Assembly: GCA_035948775.1 (NCBI GenBank)
Contig: DASZIV010000114.1
Coordinates: 130,263-194,262, forward strand
Source: Bryobacteraceae bacterium
GTDB lineage: Bacteria; Acidobacteriota; Terriglobia; Bryobacterales; Bryobacteraceae
Length of the DNA stretch: 64,000 nucleotides
Direction of reading: 5' to 3'
Each line of letters begins with the position of its first letter. The first letter of the stretch is position 1. The notes below the pieces were generated by a model that was not told where the DNA came from, ran no database searches, and saw only the letters and a program-made list of their open reading frames with translations. A program made the position numbers and the translations under genes. This document shows, one piece after another, positions 1-8,195 of the stretch.

Positions 1-1
1 C

Positions 2-184
2 CTGGCGGAGCGATTGCGCGCACAGAAGCCGGATCTTCGGGTGGTGTTCATCTCGGGGTTTCATGACGCCGACCTGGTGCAGCGGTTTGTCACCCGCAAA
101 GGCTTCGCGCTCCTGCCAAAGCCATTCACGGTGGATGCGCTGCTGCGGGTGGTTGAGGAAGCGCTCCACTCGATCAAGAACTGA
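2..184 (+). CDS. response regulator receiver domain, C-terminal fragment (5' end lies outside the window)
   Basis: Frame 2 is open from the window edge to TGA at 182-184. It reads '...DLRVVFISGFHDADLVQRF...GFALLPKPFTVDALLRVVEEAL', the typical alpha4-beta5-alpha5 end of a CheY-like receiver (conserved 'KPF'). Confidence 0.7.
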   Translation: MAERLRAQKPDLRVVFISGFHDADLVQRFVTRKGFALLPKPFTVDALLRVVEEALHSIKN

Positions 185-190
185 CAATAC

Positions 191-1033
191 TCAAACGCTG
201 ACTACGGGGCAAGGCGACTGCCGAATCACTGCGTAAGCATTGGTACGGAGACGGCCAAATCCGCCGGCGGCCGAGCCGCGCGCAATCACCACGACATCCG
301 CGTGCAGCCGGCTGGCCGCGGCGGCAATCACTTGCGCAGGTTCGCCCGCTTCCACCAATAAATCGGCAGTCGCGCCCCGTTGTTTCTGCAGTAGCTCTAA
401 TTCCTTCTGAGCGGCCGCACGCACCACGACATTCCAGTTGGCCTCCGCGCCCTTCGCCATGGCGGGGATCGCCAGAGTGGCGTGCAGCAACGTCAGGCGC
501 GCGGCAAACTGGTTTTGCAGTGCCACAGCCCAGCTCAGCGCCTTCGCGCTTTGCGGTCCCAGGTCGACCGCGCAAAGAATGTTGGCAATGGTAGAGGAAG
601 GGCCGGGCGGGGTTTCCTCCATGTGCGCGCCGGTCCAAACCGGGCGATCGGCGTCGTGCAGTACCTTAGCGGTATTGGAGCCGAGGATAAACCGGCGGAA
701 CGGACCGAAGCCGTGGGTGGGCATCAGAATGAGGCCGGCCTGCTGTTCGTGCGCATAGGCCACGATGGTCGCGGCCGGATCGCCTTCCAGCAGAACTCGC
801 CGCACGGAGACGCCGGCCAGTTCGTCGGCGAGAAATTCGGTCAACTGTTGTTCCAGTTGGCCGGCGCGCCGCCGGCAGGCATCCGCGCCCATTTCCGGCG
901 GAGGCGGAGCCAGGACGTGCAACAGGACAAGCTCGGCCCCAAAATGTTCGGCCAGCATTTTGGCATACCGGACCGCGCCCACGCAGCGTTCGGAGAACTC
1001 TACCGGCGCCAGGATTCTGGCGAGAAATCCCAT
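191..1033 (-). CDS. universal stress protein, tandem UspA domains
   Basis: 280 aa with two USP-like halves ('ILAPVEFSE...AELVLLHVL...DLILMPTHG' and 'ILCAVDLGP...LTLLHAT...ADVVVIARGS...GFGRLRTNAYAVIRQSPCPVVSV'). Confidence 0.8.
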   Translation of the reverse strand: MGFLARILAPVEFSERCVGAVRYAKMLAEHFGAELVLLHVLAPPPPEMGADACRRRAGQLEQQLTEFLADELAGVSVRRVLLEGDPAATIVAYAHEQQAGLILMPTHGFGPFRRFILGSNTAKVLHDADRPVWTGAHMEETPPGPSSTIANILCAVDLGPQSAKALSWAVALQNQFAARLTLLHATLAIPAMAKGAEANWNVVVRAAAQKELELLQKQRGATADLLVEAGEPAQVIAAAASRLHADVVVIARGSAAGGFGRLRTNAYAVIRQSPCPVVSV

Positions 1034-1151
1034 AGTTACGCCGTCTTCCTCACGTGCGGCTCCGTATCGACCGGCGGACTTCCCGGCCTGCCTTTGTCAA
1101 TGCCGAGTGCGACCACCCGGCAACCATCGTAGAACACTTGCAATGCGGCGA

Positions 1152-4100
1152 TCATTCGGGCGCCGGAGTCAGGCGGCGGTTGAGATTCGCCGCGCGCTCG
1201 GTGTAGCGGGCGGTTTCGTCAAGGTTGCCGAGGATGCGCCAGGCTTGGGCGAGGACTTCGCAGGCGTCGCGCTGGGCCCAGGGGTACTCACAGGGCTCCG
1301 CGATCTGGAGCGCGGACTCGGCGTCATTGCGCGCGGTGGCGGCGTCGCCGCGGGCGAGGGAGATCTGGGCCCGGAGGACCATCCCATCGGCGTGGATGAG
1401 GCGGTAATTGCGCGGAGCGGCAAGGTCAAGCGCGCGCTCGCAGGTGGCGAGGGCGCGCTCGAGGTGGTCTTCGGCGAGGTGGCACGCGGAGCGGACGAGG
1501 TGGACGCGGGCGAGTTCCTCGACCATGTGACCGCGGGTGAAAGTTGCTTCTGCCTGGTCGAGGCGGCGGTGGGCGGAGGACCAGTTGCCCCCGACGACAT
1601 CGAGCCAGCCTAGCATCCATTCGCAGGACGCGACGGTTTGCTGCCACGAGTTGCCTTCGCAGATCTCTCGGTTGCGAGTGGTCAGCTTGCGGGCATGGCT
1701 AGTCTGGCCGGTGCGGAGGAGGTGTTCGGCCCATTGGATGCCGCGGCTGCTGAAAAGGTTGTCACCTTCCGGGTTGATCCGGTTTTCGATGAGGTTGGCT
1801 TCGGCGAATGCCTTTGCGGCGGTGTCCAAGTCGCCACGCAGGCCCGCGGCGAATGCCAGGCGAGCGTAACCGTTGCGCGTCCGATGATCGTCCTGGGCCG
1901 CTACGGCGGCTTCCAGCGCCTCGGTGGTGTGGCGGACCGCGTCGCCGAGGCGGCCGAGTGAAGTTTCAACGTCGGCTCGGTTCTGCAAATCGATCGAAAG
2001 ATTCCTGCTGTCATGCGCCTGTCGGTCGAGGGCTTCAGATGCAGCGTAATGGGGGACAGCCGTCTCGGGTTCGCCCGCGATACCGGCATATAGTCCGACC
2101 GCGTGCAGATAGAAACTGAGCCGTCGGGCGCCCACCTTCGCTTCCAGCCGCTGCCGTCGCTCCTCGTCGCGGACGAACCAGCGTGCCACCTCCATTCCCC
2201 AGTGCGGCGCGGGAATCCACCGGAAAACCTTTCCATTTTCGAGCCGCGACCGGTACAGGTCGTCCGCGGCCTGCAGGTCTCGACACTCCAGCAGGAGTTC
2301 GATGGCCGTAATGACCGGCATGATCGTTTCCAGCGACCGCGTCTTAGCGGCATCGGGGGCTTCGCCAAGCAGGCTTGCGGCCTCGCGGGCGAAGCCTTCC
2401 GTGCCCATCATCCTGCGGCGGAAGTGGTCGCGAAGGATGGGGTGGCAAGCGTAGCGGCTCTCCCCTTCCGGACCGGGGTCATCGGTAAGCAAATGCTCGC
2501 GATGGAGGAAGTCGAGGGTGCGGCCGAGAGGCGCAGGGGCACGTATCAGCTTCTCCCAAAGAGGGGCGAGCGTCTTCACCCCAACCGGAGCGCGGAAGAG
2601 GGCAAGCAAGCCGAGCACCTGGCGGTGCGCAGCGGGCAGGCGCTGCTCGTAGAACTCGAGCAGGTGCCGCACCTTCTCTTCGAGCGTGTGGTCCCCGTCC
2701 CCGAAGATCCGGGCCCAGAGGCGCGTCGGATCACCGCCGCATTCTGGCGGCATCGAGCGCGCGAAGATGCGCAATGCCAGCGGGTGGCCATCGAGTTGAC
2801 GCGAAACCTGCGCGCGATCATCGACGCGCCCGCCCACACCGAGCGCCTCCAGCAGAGCCGCGCCTTCCTTGTCCGCCAGCGACGCCAGCGGCAATGAGCG
2901 CAGCCCGCGCCCGAGATACGGGGTCAGGTCGGGGAACGGGAAGCGGCTGGTGAGCAGCACCAGGTTGCCGTCGCGGGCCCGGCAGTGTTGATGCAGCGCT
3001 TCCGCGAGGATGGGATCGAGCAGTTTGCCGTAGCCGGTGGTGCTGGGCGATTCCTGGATGACCTCCAGCCCGTCGAGCCCGATGGCGACGCTCTCGCTGG
3101 ATTGCGCGAACTCCTTTAGAGCCTCCACCATCCTGGGCGTATCGCGGTCGCGGTAGAAGCTCCAGAAGAAGACGCCCTGCCTCTGGTGCGCACCGCTCCG
3201 CAGCCACTTGCCGAGCAGCGCGGTCTTGCCCAACCCGCCGAGAGCGGAGATAGCGACGAGCCGTACGCTGGGTTCGGCTGCCCAGGCATCGAGGCGCTCC
3301 AGCATGTCGCGGCGTCCGGTGAACTTCTCGTCCTCGGTGGTCTCGTGGACGAAGCGTTGGCGAACCTTCGCCGCAGGCGCGGGCGGCGGCGCTACCGGGA
3401 CCTTTGCCGGACGAGCCAGCGATTCCATCAGAACAACGAGCGCGGAGTGGTCGTTGGCAGGTACCGGGTAAAAGAGCACGTCAGCGTGAAACGTCTCAAG
3501 GTACTCGCGCCGCATGCCGTCGTTGTAGGGCTCGTTTAACGCCAGGATCGCGACGTGACGTGGCGGACCGGTGTAAGTGAACTTGCTGACCATCTCGTCG
3601 GCGATAGCCGTCAGGGTGACATCGTTGAAGCTGAATCCGGCGAAGATTAGGTGCTCCCGTATCCAGAGGTCCTCGTAGAAGCGACGATAGGTGGGTATCG
3701 CGTAGGCGCGCCGATAGCTTTCGTGGTCCAAGACGATGTTGGCGGCGTCAGCGAAGTGGCCGTGAGCGAAGAGAATGGGGCACGAGTCCGGACCGAAGCG
3801 GTCCCCACTCAGCCACCGTTCGATTTCCGCGGTCTGGTTCCATATGGCGTAGCCGGTTTCGCGGATCTCCGGGCGGCGCGTGCGGCGGGCTTCGACGAGT
3901 CCCTGGTCGTAGTTTGTGGTGATCCAGGCCTTGAAGTTACAGCGGATGAGAGCGTCGTGGGCCGGAGTGACATAGGGCGGCCTATCCTTGAAGGTCTCGT
4001 AGAGGAAGGGGTAGTAGTGGGCGTCGCCGAGCTTCTGGTGGATTTGCGAGGCGACCTGGAGGGGGCGCTTACCGGCGGTCCGAAGCCAGTACTCCTCGTC

Positions 4101-4295
4101 GGCGGGTGTGGCGAGGCCCTTCTCGACCGGGGCGTGAGCGAGGGACTTCAGGAGTTCGGGCCAAAGAGGATAGAGGGGAGTGGAGACGCCCGCGCCGGCG
4201 AAGGCGATGGCCTGCCGCGCATCCAGCATTCCGCGCAGGCGCTGGTAGACAGGCGCGTTGCCGGGGATGGCCAGAATATCGTCCAGTGAGGGCAC
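1152..4295 (-). CDS. SIR2-like (SIR2_2-type) / NB-ARC STAND NTPase / TPR fusion protein; candidate SIR2-STAND (Avs5-like) antiphage sensor
   Basis: 1047-aa ORF. N-terminal motifs: 'AFAGAGVS', 'ITTNYD', 'FAHGH', 'FAGFSFND'. Central motifs: Walker A 'GGLGKTALL', 'AIGLDGLE', 'LLTSR', 'DGHPLAL'. The C-terminal ~450 aa consists of degenerate TPR-like helical repeats. Confidence 0.75.
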   Translation of the reverse strand: MPSLDDILAIPGNAPVYQRLRGMLDARQAIAFAGAGVSTPLYPLWPELLKSLAHAPVEKGLATPADEEYWLRTAGKRPLQVASQIHQKLGDAHYYPFLYETFKDRPPYVTPAHDALIRCNFKAWITTNYDQGLVEARRTRRPEIRETGYAIWNQTAEIERWLSGDRFGPDSCPILFAHGHFADAANIVLDHESYRRAYAIPTYRRFYEDLWIREHLIFAGFSFNDVTLTAIADEMVSKFTYTGPPRHVAILALNEPYNDGMRREYLETFHADVLFYPVPANDHSALVVLMESLARPAKVPVAPPPAPAAKVRQRFVHETTEDEKFTGRRDMLERLDAWAAEPSVRLVAISALGGLGKTALLGKWLRSGAHQRQGVFFWSFYRDRDTPRMVEALKEFAQSSESVAIGLDGLEVIQESPSTTGYGKLLDPILAEALHQHCRARDGNLVLLTSRFPFPDLTPYLGRGLRSLPLASLADKEGAALLEALGVGGRVDDRAQVSRQLDGHPLALRIFARSMPPECGGDPTRLWARIFGDGDHTLEEKVRHLLEFYEQRLPAAHRQVLGLLALFRAPVGVKTLAPLWEKLIRAPAPLGRTLDFLHREHLLTDDPGPEGESRYACHPILRDHFRRRMMGTEGFAREAASLLGEAPDAAKTRSLETIMPVITAIELLLECRDLQAADDLYRSRLENGKVFRWIPAPHWGMEVARWFVRDEERRQRLEAKVGARRLSFYLHAVGLYAGIAGEPETAVPHYAASEALDRQAHDSRNLSIDLQNRADVETSLGRLGDAVRHTTEALEAAVAAQDDHRTRNGYARLAFAAGLRGDLDTAAKAFAEANLIENRINPEGDNLFSSRGIQWAEHLLRTGQTSHARKLTTRNREICEGNSWQQTVASCEWMLGWLDVVGGNWSSAHRRLDQAEATFTRGHMVEELARVHLVRSACHLAEDHLERALATCERALDLAAPRNYRLIHADGMVLRAQISLARGDAATARNDAESALQIAEPCEYPWAQRDACEVLAQAWRILGNLDETARYTERAANLNRRLTPAPE

Positions 4296-4328
4296 GCGGA
4301 GGACTATGGTATCGCACCGGCACGCGTC

Positions 4329-6722
4329 CTATTGCCACGCCGGCAGCGCATACTGCAATGAATGGATCTGCTGCACCGACCCTTCGAAGCTCGGATTGGG
4401 AAACCGGCGGTAGCGCAATATGTCGCCGAGGATCGTCGTCGCGTCATTGCGCAGCATTCCGAAACCTGCCAGGTATTGCAGACGGAGGTCGCGGTCGCGA
4501 TTGATCTGTGCGCGCTCCAGCCAGCGGTGCAAATCGGGTCCCCGGCCGGCATAGGTGCTCAGCAGACTCAGAGCTGAGCCGAGGAATACATCGTTCAGTG
4601 ACTCGCGGACGCGGCCGTAGTCGGGTCTCGCCAAACGCTGCTCCAACTGATCGATGTCGATTCGCGCCGGACCGACCTGCCCTACCAGGACCACGTCGTA
4701 GCCCTCGCCGTTGATGTCGTTATTCCAAATGGTTGCATTGGGAAACACCGACAGGAAAGTGGCGATCTCGCTACGCACGGTTTCCAGATCGCTCTGATAG
4801 AGCGGCACCCACTGTGTGACCAGCCCACCCGGATTTAAGTGGTTCTTGACCATTTCGAAGTACTCCCGCGAGTACAGCGTTGCCGCGCCCTTCACCCAGG
4901 GGTGGATCGGGTCGGAGGTAATGATGTCGAAACGTTCCGGAGTGGTGAGCACATAGTGGCGGGCATCGTCGTAGACAATCTGGGTCCGGCGGTCAGTGAG
5001 CACGTGGTGATTCTCCTTGGCGAAGTGGCGTGCGCTGGCCGGCGGGACCAGGGGCTCCAGCTCGCAGATCAGGATCCGCTCGACTTCCGGATGAACCACA
5101 AATGTGCCCGCGGTGACGCCCGCACCGCAGCCCACCACCAGCACCGAGCGAGGTTGGGGATGGAACAGCGCCGCCAAATGACCCAACATTCGCTGCAGCC
5201 GCATATCCTGCGGCAGGCTTGAGGCTTCGACCTTCCCGCTGATATGGAAAAAGCTGGTGCCGTACGGGTCGCGCGAAATCGCGATGGACGCATTGCGGCC
5301 CTCGCCCACATATACCGGTTTGGCTTCTTTGTATGAGATCAGGATTTCGCGGCCGTAGCCGATCACTTCCCACGGAATGGCTGGCACGCGCCACATCAAC
5401 AACCCGGCCGCGATGACGAGGGCCATCGCCGGCAAAGCGGTCTGCAGACGCGCGATCGCCGCCAGTCCCCCGGCTGCGCAGAGTGCGATGAGCACACGCT
5501 GCGCGTTTTGCGTGCCTAGCCAGGGGATCAGCACCATGCTGAAGGCGAGGGCGCCCACAATCGCGCCCGCGGTGTTGGCGGCATAGACTGCGCCGGTCAG
5601 ACTGCCCGGGTCGGCGCCCGGCCGGGTAGCGGTCGCAAGGGCCAGCGGGAAACTCGCGCCCCACAAGCACGCGGCCGGCAGAACCGCGCACGCGCTGCGC
5701 AGCAAGTCGACCCGAAAGGTGACCCAGGCGTTCGGTGAAGTTACGATCGGCCAGTAGGGAATGTACCGGGCCAGCAGAAATGCCGTCCCGGTAACGGCAG
5801 CCGCGAGCAGGAGCTGGCAAATGCCCAATGCCAGCCGGGGAGGAATGCGCGTGCGCGACAGGTAGGATCCTACCGCGCTGCCGATGCCGAGACCTGTCAG
5901 GAACACGGCGAGGATCACGGAGAACGCGTAGACCGTCGCTCCTAACATCAGCGAGAGTAGCCGGGTCCAGACAACTTCTGCGCCCAGCGCGGTAAGGCCG
6001 GAGAGCGCAATGGCTACGTAGATCACGCGGGGGCCGGCAGCACGCGGGCTGTCATCCGCGAATGCGCCGTGGGCGGACCACCCGCGCGAAATGGCCATCG
6101 CCGCCAGCGCGACGACCAGGTTCAGAGCAACCGCCACGTAGCTGGCGACGTACATGTCGTGCAGCCGGAGCAGATAGAACCCGGCCAGCACACAGCCTGC
6201 TACCGCGCCGGCCGTATTCGCGCCATACAGAAAACCCAGGCGGGAGGCGTCGCGAGGCGTACTTTTCCATTGGCGCGCGAGGGCCGGGAGCGACGCGCCC
6301 ATCAGGAGGGTCGGTGGCAGGAGGCAACAAGCCGAAATCAAGGCCCGCAGCAGGATGCCTGTCAGCCCGTGCCCCGCATGGCCGGCATATAGCCGATCGA
6401 CCCACGGAATTCCGAACAGCACGGCGAGGCCGCAAACCCCGATGCCGGCTTCCATACAGGCATAGACACGCAGGGGATGACGCCGCGCCGACACCACTCG
6501 GGAATAAGCCAGGCTGCCCAGACACATGCCGCCCATGTAGGTTGCCAGTAGCGTGCCGAGGGACACCGCTGACGAGCCGATGACCAGTTGGAGTAATTGG
6601 AACCAGACGATTTCGTAGATGAGCGCAGCGCAGCCGCTGGCGGCAAACAGCGCCAGAAGAACCGGGAAAAGACCCATGAATCCTGGCATCATACCGCAAC
6701 ACCGAACACCAGGCTGGTCCAA
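4329..6722 (-). CDS. fused polytopic membrane domain / spermidine synthase-like protein
   Basis: 797 aa. The N-terminal ~480 aa is hydrophobic and multi-TM. The C-terminus carries spermidine-synthase-type motifs 'VLVVGCGAGVTAG', 'ICELEPLV', 'DIITSDPIHPWVKGAATLYSREYF'. The start could be an internal Met a few codons downstream. Confidence 0.75.
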   Translation of the reverse strand: MDQPGVRCCGMMPGFMGLFPVLLALFAASGCAALIYEIVWFQLLQLVIGSSAVSLGTLLATYMGGMCLGSLAYSRVVSARRHPLRVYACMEAGIGVCGLAVLFGIPWVDRLYAGHAGHGLTGILLRALISACCLLPPTLLMGASLPALARQWKSTPRDASRLGFLYGANTAGAVAGCVLAGFYLLRLHDMYVASYVAVALNLVVALAAMAISRGWSAHGAFADDSPRAAGPRVIYVAIALSGLTALGAEVVWTRLLSLMLGATVYAFSVILAVFLTGLGIGSAVGSYLSRTRIPPRLALGICQLLLAAAVTGTAFLLARYIPYWPIVTSPNAWVTFRVDLLRSACAVLPAACLWGASFPLALATATRPGADPGSLTGAVYAANTAGAIVGALAFSMVLIPWLGTQNAQRVLIALCAAGGLAAIARLQTALPAMALVIAAGLLMWRVPAIPWEVIGYGREILISYKEAKPVYVGEGRNASIAISRDPYGTSFFHISGKVEASSLPQDMRLQRMLGHLAALFHPQPRSVLVVGCGAGVTAGTFVVHPEVERILICELEPLVPPASARHFAKENHHVLTDRRTQIVYDDARHYVLTTPERFDIITSDPIHPWVKGAATLYSREYFEMVKNHLNPGGLVTQWVPLYQSDLETVRSEIATFLSVFPNATIWNNDINGEGYDVVLVGQVGPARIDIDQLEQRLARPDYGRVRESLNDVFLGSALSLLSTYAGRGPDLHRWLERAQINRDRDLRLQYLAGFGMLRNDATTILGDILRYRRFPNPSFEGSVQQIHSLQYALPAWQ

Positions 6723-7382
6723 GCCTGCCTTTTCTCCCAGTCGCGAAACGCCCGGTAGGGCGGGCCCCTATGCCCCTATAAGGTAGAGTCCGATCTCAAA
6801 AATGTTGGCGGGTGCGATAACCACGGCCTATCGCCGTGACCGGCGTTTTCAAGGGATTTATCTTCGGCGCTGGGATAGCTGACGGCAGACGGTAGAATTT
6901 CGACCTCTCTCCGAGTGGCGCGTCACTCGCTCCGAGCTGCGCCGAGGCCGCCGTAGCAGATGTAAGATACGGAAAAATATCTGTTTGGACCTATGCCTTC
7001 CGCGCCAGCGCCCTATAATCAAACGGATTGGCCGGGTTTATGTCGCCCTATACGGCCAATCGGTGCACGCGCCAATGAGAATTTCAATACAATTTCAACC
7101 TCCCGGCGAGTTCCAGCAGCTCACAGAGTGGTCCAAATGCACAGCATTTTCGAGAGATATCAAGGCGCATCGAACTACTGCTTCCTCGCTGAAAGCCCAT
7201 TCTACGCGCTTTGGGCGTGCTATCCGAACCCCCGTTTTGTGCGCAATTCGCGGTGACAAACCGGTGACTCACCACGCCAGCCGCGGGCAAAGATTGACAC
7301 TTACAAGTCGCCCGTGTTCGCATATACCAGCAGTAATTTGTGGGGATGCTCGTTCTGCACTCGCCGTCAGGAGGACTGCGAC

Positions 7383-8141
7383 ATGAGGAGTCTCTCGTTT
7401 CCCCGGATAGTCCTGGCGGTGGCGGTTACCGCATCAGCGCCCGCCTCCGCCCAGAGCCCTGCCGCCGCTACGGCGGAGTCCAAACCGATTCCGCGGACGC
7501 CCGACGGGAAGCCTGACTTCACCGGATTCTTCAATATTCAGTACACACCCAATATGGCCATGGGGAAGGAAGACACGATCCCATATACGGCAGCCGGTAA
7601 GGCGGCCTATGTGAATCACGATGCCAAGGACGATCCGACTTCCAACTGCTGGCTTCCGGGCCTTCCCCGGATTATGCAATCCCCGTATCCGGCGCAGTTC
7701 GTGCAAACCCCGACGCACCTGGTGATTCTATTCGAATACATGCACACGTTCCGTTCCATTCCATTGAACGCGCGCCCTCACCCGTCGAATATGGAACCGG
7801 CGTTCATGGGCGATTCAACCGGCCATTGGGAAGGCGACACGTTGGTGGTCGATACGGTTGGTCTGAAAGACGCGCCGTGGACTTGGCTCGATACAGCCGG
7901 ACATCAGCATAGCGATGTCATTCACGTAGTGGAACGTTTCCGCCGGACCGCTGCAAATATCGAGTACGAATATACGGTCGACGATCCGAAGATGTACGCG
8001 CAGCCCTGGACTTTGCGGAGAGTGTATACACCTTTGAAAATGATCCCCGGAATTCCGGAGCTGATCGAGTATTCCTGCTCTGAGAACAATCGGGACGTGC
8101 AACATCTGGTCACCACCAAGCCGGGGCTGGAGCAGAAATAG
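7383..8141 (+). CDS. secreted hypothetical protein
   Basis: The in-frame ATG at 7383 gives the signal peptide 'MRSLSFPRIVLAVAVTASAPASAQ' and is preceded by 'caggagg'. I recognise no family. The track start at 7314 is probably too far upstream. Confidence 0.6.
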   Translation: MRSLSFPRIVLAVAVTASAPASAQSPAAATAESKPIPRTPDGKPDFTGFFNIQYTPNMAMGKEDTIPYTAAGKAAYVNHDAKDDPTSNCWLPGLPRIMQSPYPAQFVQTPTHLVILFEYMHTFRSIPLNARPHPSNMEPAFMGDSTGHWEGDTLVVDTVGLKDAPWTWLDTAGHQHSDVIHVVERFRRTAANIEYEYTVDDPKMYAQPWTLRRVYTPLKMIPGIPELIEYSCSENNRDVQHLVTTKPGLEQK

Positions 8142-8195
8142 GCAGCCGGTCTGACGCCGAACGGGAGCGTCGTGACTTCGCGAAAGGGGGTGGGA

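Noticed and set aside
765-1613. Long ORFs antisense to or overlapping real genes (e.g. 765-1613, 21702-22793, 24311-25420, 41196-42497, 43640-44275, 54433-55305).
   Set aside because: These are typical shadow ORFs of high-GC DNA. Their products are Arg/Ala/Gly/Pro-rich with no motifs, and each lies fully inside a gene with clear family signatures on the other strand or frame.
1152-4295. Interpreting the SIR2-like region as a housekeeping sirtuin (CobB-type protein deacetylase).
   Set aside because: It has no Zn-ribbon Cys pairs. The motifs are of the SIR2_2/'TTNYD' type, and the domain is fused to an NB-ARC NTPase and TPR array, an architecture associated with defence/STAND signalling rather than deacetylation.
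6985-7386. ORFs 6985-7386 and 6993-7256 in the long intergenic region.
   Set aside because: No RBS, odd composition and no recognisable motifs. The first merely runs into the real gene that starts at 7383 with a signal peptide.
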